From Thermoplasmata archaeon (lineage in GTDB: Archaea; Thermoplasmatota; E2; JACPAO01; JAHFTW01), in the NCBI GenBank assembly GCA_034667725.1, contig JAXDQS010000001.1, positions 1 through 64,000 on the forward strand: a DNA stretch of 64,000 nt, read 5' to 3'. Below the pieces are notes generated by a model. That model searched no databases and was not told the DNA's origin. It worked only from the letters and a program-made list of their open reading frames with translations. Shown piece by piece: positions 8,945-18,123 of the stretch (position 1 is the first letter of the stretch; every line of letters begins with the position of its first letter). The position numbers and the translations under genes are program-made.

Positions 8945-10198
8945 GTGCCAGAGGACGACGCGGCGCGCTACCGCAGCCTGTTCGAGCGCGTGCCGGTCGG
9001 CCTGTTCCGCACCCGCCCGGACGGCACCATCGAGGACGCCAACCCGGCCCTGGTGCGGATGCTCGGGCACGCCAACGAGGACGCGCTGCGCGCCGTCAAC
9101 CTGCGCGACCTCTACGTCGACCCCGACGACCGCCGCGTCCTGCTGGAGCGGCTGGAGCGCGAGGGGGCCGCCAGCTACGAGCTGCGGATGCGCCGCGCCG
9201 ACGGCGCCATCGTGTGGGTGCGCGGCAGCAGCCGCCTGGTGCGCGACGCCGACGGCAACCGCGTGCACTACGAGGGCCACCTTGAGGACATCACCGCGGA
9301 GCGCATCGCCGAGCAGGGCCTGCGTCTCGTGCAGGAGATGGCGTTGGAGCTCGAAGGCGCCGGCGACTTCCCCGCCGTCCTCGGCGCCAGCCTCCGCAAG
9401 ATCTGCCGCGCCGCCGGCTGGAGCTACGGCGAGGCCTGGGTCCCGAACCCCGAGGCCACCACGCTGGTCGCCAGCGAGTCGTGGTTCACCACCTCGGAGA
9501 AGGCGAAGAAGTTCCGCCACCTCAGCGCCAAGCTGGAGTTCCCCCCCGGCGTCGGCGCGGCCGGCCTCGCCTGGCAGACCCGCAAGACGGTGTGGTGGCC
9601 CGACGCCGTCCACGAGCCGCAGTTCCAGCGCGCCGCCGCCGCCAAGGCCGCCGGCTTCCGCGCGCTGTGCGCCGTCCCGGTGCTCAACGACGGCCGCCTG
9701 GTCGCCGTGCTGGTGTTCCTCACCGACGTGGCCCGCGACGCCGAGCGCTGGGTGCGCGTCGTCGAGTCCGTCGCCCGCCAGCTCGGCACCGTCATGGGCC
9801 GCCGCGTGGCGGAGGACGTGCTGCGCCGCCAGACCCGCGTGCTGGAGGCGCACCTGGAAGCGTCGCCCGACGGCGTGCTGGTGGTCTCGGACGCCGGCGA
9901 GGTGGTCGCCTGCAACCGCCGCCTGCTGGAGATGTGCGAGGTCGCGATGCTCGACGGCGCCACCTCGCCCTCGCGCTGGACCGGCCAGGCGCTGCTTGCC
10001 CTCGTGGACGACCCGGCCCGCTTCCAGGCCCGCGTCCGCTTCCTGTACGAGGACCCCGGCGAGGAGGACGAGCTGGTGGTGTCCGGGCGGCGGTTCCGGC
10101 GCACCGCGGTGCCCGTGCGCGACCTCGACGACTTCAGCTGGGGCCGCATCTGGACGTTCCGCGAGCTGCCGCCACGGAAGCCCCGTCCGGGACGCTAG
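8945..10198 (+). CDS. PAS-GAF-PAS sensor protein without kinase or output domain
   Basis: YRSLFERVPVG..DANPALVRMLG..RRADGAIVWV..EDIT (PAS/PAC); GLAWQTRK..CAVPVLNDGRLVAVL (GAF); LEASPDGVLVV..NRRL..GRIWTFRE (PAS). Confidence 0.88.
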   Translation: MPEDDAARYRSLFERVPVGLFRTRPDGTIEDANPALVRMLGHANEDALRAVNLRDLYVDPDDRRVLLERLEREGAASYELRMRRADGAIVWVRGSSRLVRDADGNRVHYEGHLEDITAERIAEQGLRLVQEMALELEGAGDFPAVLGASLRKICRAAGWSYGEAWVPNPEATTLVASESWFTTSEKAKKFRHLSAKLEFPPGVGAAGLAWQTRKTVWWPDAVHEPQFQRAAAAKAAGFRALCAVPVLNDGRLVAVLVFLTDVARDAERWVRVVESVARQLGTVMGRRVAEDVLRRQTRVLEAHLEASPDGVLVVSDAGEVVACNRRLLEMCEVAMLDGATSPSRWTGQALLALVDDPARFQARVRFLYEDPGEEDELVVSGRRFRRTAVPVRDLDDFSWGRIWTFRELPPRKPRPGR

Positions 10199-11001
10199 AC
10201 GATCCGCTCCAGCGTCTCCAGGTGGAACCCTTGCGGCGTGATGTCGTACGTCGAGACGCCGATGCCGTAGCTGCGGTTCTTGACTTTCTTCACCATCAAG
10301 AAGCGCTCGAACGTGGTGCCCTTGCGGGTGACCTCCAGCTCGATCAGGCAGTCCGCCAGCAGCTCCAGCCGCCGCTCCACCGTCGGCCCGTGGGCACCCT
10401 TGGACAGCACCAGCAGCAGAAGGCCGGCTTGCCGCGAGTTGGCGGCCTTGAGCGCCGTCAGCACCGACACGACGCGCTCGACGGGGTAGAGGTTGAGGAA
10501 GAAGTCGATGGAGTGGACGATGACCCGGTTGGGCGGGCGCAGCCGCGAGTACGGGTCCAGCAGCCGGCCGAGGTAGTCGGTGCCGGCGTCCGGGTCGTCG
10601 CCCGTGTGCTGGCGCGAGGGGCGCAGCAGGTCGAAGCTGGAGGTGCCCTCGACCAATTCGCGCGGGTCGAAGGTGCGCCGCGGCCCGCCTGCGGCCGAGC
10701 CGTCGCGGGCCTTCTGCTGCGCCTCCAGCATCGCGTCGGCGAACTGGGTCTGCAGGTCGACGACCTGGACGCGGCTGAAGTCCCAGCGGGCCTCGGCGAC
10801 CATGGCCTCGACCTCGCCGACCGACTCGTCGGTGGTGACGTAGATGACCTGCTCGTCGTGGCCGGCGGCGAACTGCTTGGCGAAGATCTCGGCGCCGGAG
10901 CCGGCGGGGGCCAAGAGCAGGGTGGTGAAGCCCCTGGGGAGCCCGCCCTTGAGGAACGCGTCCAGGGGCTCGATGCCGGTGCTGACCTTGTCGGCGGCCA
11001 T
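10195..11001 (-). CDS. KaiC/RAD55-family protein with inactivated Walker A
   Basis: STGIEPLDAFLKGGLPRG; P-loop APAGSGAE lacks KT; VTTDES; VIVHSID; ADCLIEL. Confidence 0.85.
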   Translation of the reverse strand: MAADKVSTGIEPLDAFLKGGLPRGFTTLLLAPAGSGAEIFAKQFAAGHDEQVIYVTTDESVGEVEAMVAEARWDFSRVQVVDLQTQFADAMLEAQQKARDGSAAGGPRRTFDPRELVEGTSSFDLLRPSRQHTGDDPDAGTDYLGRLLDPYSRLRPPNRVIVHSIDFFLNLYPVERVVSVLTALKAANSRQAGLLLLVLSKGAHGPTVERRLELLADCLIELEVTRKGTTFERFLMVKKVKNRSYGIGVSTYDITPQGFHLETLERIV

Positions 11002-11005
11002 CTGG

Positions 11006-11749
11006 TCACGCGCTCGTGTCGCCGAACTTCTTCAGGAGCGGGGCCAGGCTGATGCCGAACTCGGAGATGTCCATCATGAACTTGGCCCGGCTGTGGTCGG
11101 TGCCGCGCATCTTCATCACCTGGAGGGTGCGCACCAGGTCGTTGTGGCGCTCCATCTCGGACAGCAGGATGATGCCGTCGGCGATGAACTCCTCGACGCC
11201 GAACATGCTGTAGCGCAGCTCGCGCGGCGGGGTCTCGGAGGTCAGGAAGGTGGTGCACTCCAGCTGCGACAGGGCGAGGCCGAGGCGGAACACGAAGTCG
11301 CGGATGCGGCCTTGGTCCTCCAGGCGCTGGCAGATGGCCGTGATCGAGTCGATGACCAGCCGCTTGACCTTGTACTGCTTGACGATGCCCGCGATGGCCT
11401 CCACCAGCGCCTCGCCGTTCTGGAGGCGGTACTCGTTGACCGTCACCATCCCCATCTTGAGGAGCATGGCGCGCACGTCCACGAACCGGATGAGGCCCTG
11501 CGTCAGGAACTTGGGGTCGAGGAACTGGTACTCCTTGGCGTTGCGCTCCAGGACGTTGACCGGCTCGGTCACGGACAAGAACAGGCCCTGCTCGCCGCGC
11601 TCGGCGCCGTGGGCGAGGAACTCCAGGGTCAGGGTGGTCTTGCCCATGCCCGGGCCGCCCGCCAGCAGCACCACGTTCCCCAGCGGCAGCCCGCCGCGCA
11701 GGATCTGGTCCAGCTCGGTGATGCCGGTCTCGCAGCGTGCGATGGCCAT
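11006..11749 (-). CDS. Single-domain KaiC/RAD55-family ATPase (intact motifs)
   Basis: TGITELDQILRGGLP, GGPGMGKT, RLVIDSIT, GVEEFIADGIILL, KMRGTDH. Confidence 0.92.
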   Translation of the reverse strand: MAIARCETGITELDQILRGGLPLGNVVLLAGGPGMGKTTLTLEFLAHGAERGEQGLFLSVTEPVNVLERNAKEYQFLDPKFLTQGLIRFVDVRAMLLKMGMVTVNEYRLQNGEALVEAIAGIVKQYKVKRLVIDSITAICQRLEDQGRIRDFVFRLGLALSQLECTTFLTSETPPRELRYSMFGVEEFIADGIILLSEMERHNDLVRTLQVMKMRGTDHSRAKFMMDISEFGISLAPLLKKFGDTSA

Positions 11750-11773
11750 GGCCAGGTTCGCCAGTCCGCCCCC

Positions 11774-11781
11774 CTTATAAG
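11774..11781 (-). promoter_or_regulatory. TATA box for the KaiC-like gene pair (probably leaderless)
   Basis: CTTATAAG about 25-32 nt upstream of ATG 11749. Confidence 0.55.
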
Positions 11782-11788
11782 AAGCGAA

Positions 11789-13114
11789 TCAGGAGACCTG
11801 GACCGTTCCCTCGATGAGCCGCAGGTGCAGCGACCACAGGCTGACGCCGCCGGACGAGGCCAGCGTCAGCGTGGCCATGTCCCCGCTGCCGCCGACGGTC
11901 GCCGCCGCGCTTGCCCCCGCGACCAGCACCTGCTCCGCCAGGAACGACCGCCAGGCGGCGGCGTTCGGTGTCGTGAGCGTGAAGGTGGCGCCGGTGGCGG
12001 TGAGCACGACGTCCGAGCTTTCGGTGTGGCCGACCGTGATGGTCGCCGAGCGCGCGCCGGCAAGGGCGCCGCTGCCGTCGAGCTGCACCAGCGTCCATTG
12101 CAGGAAGCCGTCGCTGCCGTCGACGTCGAGCGCGAACGCCGGCTCGGCCACGACCGCCTGCCGCTCGCCCTGGGAGGCGACCACGGCGCCGCCCTCGAAC
12201 GACAGCGACTCGTCCACGAAGCTTTGGTACGACGGGTCGTACTCCAGCCGGCCGCCGGACTGGGTGAAGCTGTAGCTGCCCGACTGGCCGGTGCCGGTGC
12301 TCTGCATCCAGCCGTCCGTGTTCTCCCACACCGCGGAGTAGGTGCCGACGACCACCGCGCCGACGCCGCCGTCGGTGAACGTCAGGGTCAGGGGCGGCTC
12401 CAGCCGGGCCACCGCCGCCGCGAAGGTGTAGGCGGCCCCCGTCACGTCGATGCGGTAGAGCGGCAGGTCGTTGTTGATGTCGCACAGCAGCGGCTGGTAG
12501 GTCGTGCCCGAGGAGGTCGTGGTCTCCAGCCGCAACTCCGCCGTGTTGTCGCACGTGGTCGAGCCCGACTGGCCGGAGTGCAGCAGCCGCGCCGTCACCG
12601 TGCTGGCGCCGTCGGTGGCCGCCACCTGCACGAAGGCGTGGTCATTGTTGCCGACCACGGAGCTGGTGAGGCCGAGGACGATGCCGTGGACGCTCGCGAC
12701 CTCGGCGTGGACGTTGCCGGCCACGTCCATGTCGGGCGCGCCCTGCACGACGTTGTCCACCAGCCGCAGCACCGGGGAGGTGAAGCTCGCCGCCGCCCCG
12801 AAGCCGTCGTCGTCCTTGAGGTACGCGACCTCGGCGCTGGCGGGCGTCTGCTGGAGCATCGGCACGGTCGGCACGTCCATCGAGACGGACGCCGTGACCG
12901 GGCCGGCGTCGTCGCGCGACGACAGCGCCTCCAGGCTGGCGCGCACGCCCTGGAGCTGCCGGGCGACCTCGCGGTGGTGGTTGTGCTCGTTGTCCGCCTC
13001 CCACTCGGGCAGGGTCTGGATGGCGTAGAGCGCGAACACGGTGGTGAACAGGCCGAACAGCAGCACGGCGGCCACGACGCTGGAGACCCCCTCGTCGCCG
13101 GCGCGGCGGGTCAT
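11789..13114 (-). CDS. Large pilin-like protein (class III signal peptide), probable minor pilin
   Basis: MTRRAGDEG|VSSVVAAVLLFGLF..P.W...E..H; beta-rich body; ATGA overlap with upstream gene. Confidence 0.8.
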   Translation of the reverse strand: MTRRAGDEGVSSVVAAVLLFGLFTTVFALYAIQTLPEWEADNEHNHHREVARQLQGVRASLEALSSRDDAGPVTASVSMDVPTVPMLQQTPASAEVAYLKDDDGFGAAASFTSPVLRLVDNVVQGAPDMDVAGNVHAEVASVHGIVLGLTSSVVGNNDHAFVQVAATDGASTVTARLLHSGQSGSTTCDNTAELRLETTTSSGTTYQPLLCDINNDLPLYRIDVTGAAYTFAAAVARLEPPLTLTFTDGGVGAVVVGTYSAVWENTDGWMQSTGTGQSGSYSFTQSGGRLEYDPSYQSFVDESLSFEGGAVVASQGERQAVVAEPAFALDVDGSDGFLQWTLVQLDGSGALAGARSATITVGHTESSDVVLTATGATFTLTTPNAAAWRSFLAEQVLVAGASAAATVGGSGDMATLTLASSGGVSLWSLHLRLIEGTVQVS

Positions 13115-15129
13115 GTCGTCACCACGCGGGCATATTCGAGCGACAAGACGCCTTGCGTCGTGCCGGTGGGGGTCGCGTCCACGAACCGGATGCGCGGGGT
13201 GCCGCCGTTCTGCTCGGCGGCCGTGAGGACGTAGCTCCACTGGGCGAGGCTGGCGGCGCTCAGGGTCGAGCCGCGCGTCGTCCACGCCGCGCCGTCCCAG
13301 ACCTGGACGCTGAAGGTGTCGCCCGTGGTCTTGTAGCGCAGCCCAAGCGTCTGCGTGGTGCCCGACGGCAGCGTGCCGAAGTCGAGCTGGATGCTCATGC
13401 TCTGGGTCGCCGCGTAGGTGACCTCGGCCCAGGCGCGGTCGATGCGCCAGGTGCCGTCGGTGCCGGAGTTGCGGTCGGAGGCGACCTGCAAGACCAAGGC
13501 GTTGACGTCGGTCCAGCTCCACGAGCCGCCGCCAGGCCGCAGCGCGGTCACGGTGTAGCTGAGGGTCGTGTCCGAGGCGGCGCCCGTCAGGCGCGCGGAC
13601 GCGGTGCTGCAAGTGGCCGCGATGCAGGCGCGCAGGGTGAAGCCGTCGTTGCTGAAGCCCACGATCGAGACCTCGGCCTTCAGGACGACGGCCGTGATCG
13701 AGCCGGGGCTGCCGGACTGGTCCGCGAGGGTGTAGGCGACGGTGGCGCCATTGGTCGTCGTGGTCGCGTAGGCGTTGTCCGAGGCGAAGCCGTTGCTGGC
13801 GCTCGACCACGAGCCCGCGGAGCTGACGCCGCTGGCCGCCAGGGTCGCCGTCCCGCCGGCGCCGGAGGCCCCCTCGGCCAGGGTCGCGACGGCGTCGCTG
13901 TCGCTGGCGGACTGGAGGTTGGCGAAGCTGCCCACCGTGCCGGTCGTCGCCGTGCTGGACGAAGGGTAGGTCGGCGGGATGGTCTGGATGACGTCGGACT
14001 GGACGTCGGCCACGCCCGTCTGGGTCTGGCCGGAGGCGTCCTTCTGGCCGGTGAGGTAGTGCTCCAGCGTCTTGCCGGAGTTGCTGCCCCAGGATTGGCT
14101 CGGGATGGTGCCCCGCCACGTCGAGGTCCCGGTGCGCGTCATGGCGCCGGTGCTCGTGTACGCCGGGTTGGTGCCGCCGTTGATGCGGAAGTGGAGGGTC
14201 GGGTTGGTGGCCTGGTCCACGCCGTAGCAGTCGTCGGTGAGGACCGCGGTGACCGTGACCGCGCCGGTGGTGGTGATGGCGACGTCCGCCGGGTCCTTCG
14301 TCCAGGCCTGCACCGTCGGCGGCGCCGCGTCGGAGGGGCAGACGTCGTCGATCAAGTCCGACCGCACGCCGGCCACGCTGGCCTGCACGTTGGAGCCGAG
14401 GTCGCGCTGGCCGACGACGTAGTATTGCAGGGTCTTGCCTTTGGCGCTCAGGCCAGGGCTCGGGATGGTGCCTTCCCAGGTGTCGCCCGAGAGCTGGGCC
14501 ATCGCGCCCGCGTCGGTGTAGGCGGGCGCGGAGCCGCCGTTGAGGCGCCACCAGAGGTGCGGCGCGACCGACGCGTCGACGCCGTAGCAGCCGTCCGCGA
14601 AGGTGGCCGTCACCGTCACTGCGCCCGAGGAGGGCGCCGCCAGGTCGGTGGGCGACTGGACCCAGGTGCTGACGGTCGGCGGGTCGAGGTCGCCCGGGCA
14701 CGGGTCGGCGCCGCCGCGGGCGCCTTGCGCGACCAGCAGGAAGCCGTCGTTGACGAGCACCGCGCCGCGCACGTCCTGCGCCGACGAGTACTTGCAGCTG
14801 GCGTCGTCGCCTTGGATGCAGAGAATCTCGCCCAGCTCCCAGAAGGCGCCGACCGCCGCGGCGCCGGGCAGCGACGACAGCAGCACTTCTTTCTCGATGC
14901 CGCCGACGTTGACCAGCACGCGGCTGTTGCCGAGGGCCACGTCCTCGCCGCCCTTGTGCACCAGGAGCAGGGAGCCGTCGCCTTGCAGGGCGCCCACGTC
15001 GGCCCGCGGCTGGGTGGGCTGCGACTCGAAGTAGGACAGGACGCCGATGCTGACCGCCGTGAAGACCGCCACGGTGATGCCGAGCATCAGCACGGTGCCG
15101 ACGACGCTCGAGACGGCCTCCTCGTCCAT
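13111..15129 (-). CDS. Large type IV pilin/adhesin with tandem ~120-aa repeats
   Basis: MDEEA|VSSVVGTVLMLGITV, LVHKGGED pilin motif; two repeats CP.D..PPTV..CYGVD..W.GTIPS; Thr/Ser-rich. Confidence 0.85.
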   Translation of the reverse strand: MDEEAVSSVVGTVLMLGITVAVFTAVSIGVLSYFESQPTQPRADVGALQGDGSLLLVHKGGEDVALGNSRVLVNVGGIEKEVLLSSLPGAAAVGAFWELGEILCIQGDDASCKYSSAQDVRGAVLVNDGFLLVAQGARGGADPCPGDLDPPTVSTWVQSPTDLAAPSSGAVTVTATFADGCYGVDASVAPHLWWRLNGGSAPAYTDAGAMAQLSGDTWEGTIPSPGLSAKGKTLQYYVVGQRDLGSNVQASVAGVRSDLIDDVCPSDAAPPTVQAWTKDPADVAITTTGAVTVTAVLTDDCYGVDQATNPTLHFRINGGTNPAYTSTGAMTRTGTSTWRGTIPSQSWGSNSGKTLEHYLTGQKDASGQTQTGVADVQSDVIQTIPPTYPSSSTATTGTVGSFANLQSASDSDAVATLAEGASGAGGTATLAASGVSSAGSWSSASNGFASDNAYATTTTNGATVAYTLADQSGSPGSITAVVLKAEVSIVGFSNDGFTLRACIAATCSTASARLTGAASDTTLSYTVTALRPGGGSWSWTDVNALVLQVASDRNSGTDGTWRIDRAWAEVTYAATQSMSIQLDFGTLPSGTTQTLGLRYKTTGDTFSVQVWDGAAWTTRGSTLSAASLAQWSYVLTAAEQNGGTPRIRFVDATPTGTTQGVLSLEYARVVTT

Positions 15130-15227
15130 GGTCCTGCGTTTTTGACCCCCCTCCGGGGGAAAAGGGTTGCCGGTGGGGCCGTAGGCCATCCCCAAACGTC
15201 AAGACAGACCCGGTCTTGGAACGCTCA

Positions 15228-16178
15228 ATGGAGGAGCCGGAGGAGCGCACCACCGAGGAACTGGTGGCCGCGTTCCGGGCCCGCAAGAAGGCGCAGGTGC
15301 AGGCCGCGCGCGGGACGGCCCCCGAGCCCGAGCCTGCCCCCGCGCCCACGCCGGAGCCGGTCCCGGCGGCGCTTGCCCCCATCCCGCCGCCTCCGCCCGC
15401 CCGCGCCTTGGGCGAAATCCGCCCCGGCACGCCGCCGGGCAGCCCGCTCACCGTCCAGTCGCTCCGCCTGTCCGAGCGGCTGCTGGCCGACCGCCGCATC
15501 GCGGTGCGCGGCCTGCGCCAAGGCCGGATCGCAGGCGCCGCCCTGCTCCTCACGGGCCTCGCGCTCCTTCTGGTCGAGCGCTACTACGCATCGCGCGGCC
15601 CCGGCGTCGTCGTGCTCGCCGGCGTCCCGCTGCTGCCGACCGCCACGGCCCTTGCGCTGCTCGGCGCCGCGCTCATGGTCCTGTTCACCTTTGTCCCGAC
15701 GCGGCCGTCGCTGCCCGTCCGCCTGGCCGCCAGCCAAGGCGAGGAGTGGGACCGCGTCCAAGGCGAGCTGAAGGCCGTCGGCCTGCGCGTCCCCATCGGC
15801 TGGGCCGTCGTCGTCCTCGGCGTCCTGCTCGCGGCCGCCGCCCTCACCGTGTGGGCCGGCAAGCCTGCCAGCCGCTACGGCGCCGGCCTCGGGCTGCTGG
15901 TGGCTGCCGCCGGCCTCGGGCTGCTGCTGCACGCCTTGGCCAAGCGGGCCGCGCTGCACCGCCTCTACGTCCAGACGCTCGTGCTGTCCAGCCTGGAGCG
16001 CACCGGCCTCGGCCCGCAGCAGGCCCGCGACGGCCGGGTCGCGCCGGTGCTGCAAGCCCTCGACCAGCTCCTGGGCGCGCTGCCCGAGTCCACCGTCCGC
16101 CGGTTCCTCGCCACGCCCGAGGCCGAGCGCTACCTGGAGCTGATGGACGAGCTGGCGCAGGACGGCAAGGATGGCTGA
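15228..16178 (+). CDS. Four-TM membrane protein, first gene of the pilus assembly operon
   Basis: Pro-rich N-terminus, four hydrophobic segments, C-terminal helical LDQLLGALPESTVRRF; overlaps the ATPase start. Confidence 0.7.
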   Translation: MEEPEERTTEELVAAFRARKKAQVQAARGTAPEPEPAPAPTPEPVPAALAPIPPPPPARALGEIRPGTPPGSPLTVQSLRLSERLLADRRIAVRGLRQGRIAGAALLLTGLALLLVERYYASRGPGVVVLAGVPLLPTATALALLGAALMVLFTFVPTRPSLPVRLAASQGEEWDRVQGELKAVGLRVPIGWAVVVLGVLLAAAALTVWAGKPASRYGAGLGLLVAAAGLGLLLHALAKRAALHRLYVQTLVLSSLERTGLGPQQARDGRVAPVLQALDQLLGALPESTVRRFLATPEAERYLELMDELAQDGKDG

Positions 16179-18123
16179 CGAGGACGGCGAGCCCCAGCCC
16201 CACTCCCTGGCCGAGCGGCTGCGGCAGCTCAAGATGCGCGAGGCCAGCGAAGGCGACGAGGACGCCGTCCGCCGCGCCCTCCAGCACAAGGCCACCCTGT
16301 CCGAGCGCATGAAGGGGATGCTCGAGGAGCCTGCCGCCGTCGAGCCCGAGGAGGCGCGCTCGCTGGAGGCGCTGGCCGCGCGCACGCCGGCCGCGCCCAC
16401 GGTCGCGCAGCCAGGGCCCGTGGCGATGCCGGACGACGCCGGCGCCCTGCCGGCGGCCGACGAGGACGAGGCCGCGCGCTTCTCGCAGCGCCTGCGGGGG
16501 CTGCGCGCCGAGGAGCAGGCCGCCCAGCCGCCGACCCTGGCGGCGGAGGAGCGCAAGCGGCTGCTGCAATGGTTCCTCGGGCGCGAGACCCAGCAGGAGG
16601 GCAGCGGCTCGATCACGGCCATCCCGCCCTACGACGAGGCGCAGTGGGAGGAGGCCGAGTTCTACCCCATCGAGCCGCCGTTCAGCTTCGTCCGCATCCT
16701 CCGGAACCGCATCACGGGCGAGTTCCTCTACCAGGCCATCGAGCCGGAGCTGTCCGCGACCGAGCGGCAGGTGCTGGAGTTCGTGCAGGACGCCTTGGTG
16801 CGCGGCCTCAACGTGGACCCGGTGACCCTCAAGCAGGCGGCGCGCGAGCAGTACCTCCTGGAGGCGGTGCGGCAGATCCTGCGCGACTACCGCATCCGCA
16901 TCGACGGGGTGGGGCAGGCCCGCATCGAGTACTATGTCCGCCGCGACTTCATCGGCCTCGGCCCGATCCACCCGGTCATGGTGGACCCGCGCATCGAGGA
17001 CATCTCGTGCGACGGCCCCGGCGAGGGCCTGTTCATCTTCCACCGCAACTACGAGTCGATCCCCTCCAACATCCGCTTCCCCTCCGACGGCGCCCTCGAC
17101 GCCTTCGTCATCCGGCTGGCGCAGCGCTCGGGCAAGGCCATCTCGATCTCCGACCCCATCCTGGACGCGGCGCTTCCGGACGGCTCCCGCCTGCAAGCCA
17201 CGCTGGGCCGCGAGGTCACCCAGAACGGCAGCACCTTCACCATCCGGCGCTTCAAGCCCGACCCGTTCACCCCCATCGACCTGCTGCGGTTCGGCACCAT
17301 GTCGGTCGAGATGCTGGCGTGGTTCTGGATGACCGTGCAGAAGGGCCACTCGATGATCTTCTCGGGCGGCACCGCCTCCGGCAAGACCACGGCCCTGAAC
17401 GCCATCGCGCAGTTCATCCCGCCCGCGGCCAAGGTGGTCTCGATCGAGGACACCCGCGAGGTCAACCTCCCCCACAAGAACTGGATCAAGGCGGTCACGC
17501 GCGCGGGCGCCACCGGCGAGGGCGTCGGCGAGATCGGGATGTTCGAGCTCTTGAAGGCGAGCCTGCGCCAACGCCCCGAGTTCATCCTGGTGGGCGAGGT
17601 GCGCGGCATCGAGGCCACCGTCGCGTTCCAGGCCATGGCCACCGGCCACACCGTGTTCTCGACGATGCACGCCGACTCCGCCCGCAGCGTCGTCTACCGC
17701 CTGGAGAACGAGCCCATCAACATCCCGCGCCTGGTGCTGCAGGCCCTCGACATCATCGCCATCCAGGCCCAGGCCCGCGTCCACGGCAAGCGCGTCCGCC
17801 GCATCAAGGAGGTCGTCGAGCTGGTCGGCATGGACCCCGCCACCAAGGAGCTCCTGACCAACACCGTGTTCAAGTGGGACCAGGCCGCCGACCGGTTCGA
17901 GTTCAGCGGCCGCAGCTACCTCCTCGACCGCATGGCCAACGACCGCAACTGGACGCGCGAGCAGATGCAGGCCGAGTTCCGCCGCCGCCAGCGCGTCCTG
18001 CAGCGCCTGATGGAGCGCACCGGCGTCAGCGTCGAGCAGCTGACGGAGCTCATCAAGGCCTACTACCGCGACCCCGACGGGCTGGAGGCCCTCCTCATGG
18101 CCGAGGGGGCGCCGGCCGCGTGA
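16171..18123 (+). CDS. Type IV pilus assembly ATPase (archaeal PilB/FlaI, VirB11 family)
   Basis: IEDISCDG, FTIRRF, GGTASGKTT, SIEDTRE, LRQRPEFILVGEVRG, AMATGH, STMHA. Confidence 0.95.
   Translation: MADEDGEPQPHSLAERLRQLKMREASEGDEDAVRRALQHKATLSERMKGMLEEPAAVEPEEARSLEALAARTPAAPTVAQPGPVAMPDDAGALPAADEDEAARFSQRLRGLRAEEQAAQPPTLAAEERKRLLQWFLGRETQQEGSGSITAIPPYDEAQWEEAEFYPIEPPFSFVRILRNRITGEFLYQAIEPELSATERQVLEFVQDALVRGLNVDPVTLKQAAREQYLLEAVRQILRDYRIRIDGVGQARIEYYVRRDFIGLGPIHPVMVDPRIEDISCDGPGEGLFIFHRNYESIPSNIRFPSDGALDAFVIRLAQRSGKAISISDPILDAALPDGSRLQATLGREVTQNGSTFTIRRFKPDPFTPIDLLRFGTMSVEMLAWFWMTVQKGHSMIFSGGTASGKTTALNAIAQFIPPAAKVVSIEDTREVNLPHKNWIKAVTRAGATGEGVGEIGMFELLKASLRQRPEFILVGEVRGIEATVAFQAMATGHTVFSTMHADSARSVVYRLENEPINIPRLVLQALDIIAIQAQARVHGKRVRRIKEVVELVGMDPATKELLTNTVFKWDQAADRFEFSGRSYLLDRMANDRNWTREQMQAEFRRRQRVLQRLMERTGVSVEQLTELIKAYYRDPDGLEALLMAEGAPAA

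Noticed and set aside
10195-11749. Circadian kai clock
   Set aside because: Single-domain proteins, no KaiA or KaiB, and the canonical Ser-Thr sites are absent
11789-15553. 1254-aa ORF taken as a single protein
   Set aside because: Only 11789-13114 has a pilin N-terminus and normal composition; the rest overlaps two real genes
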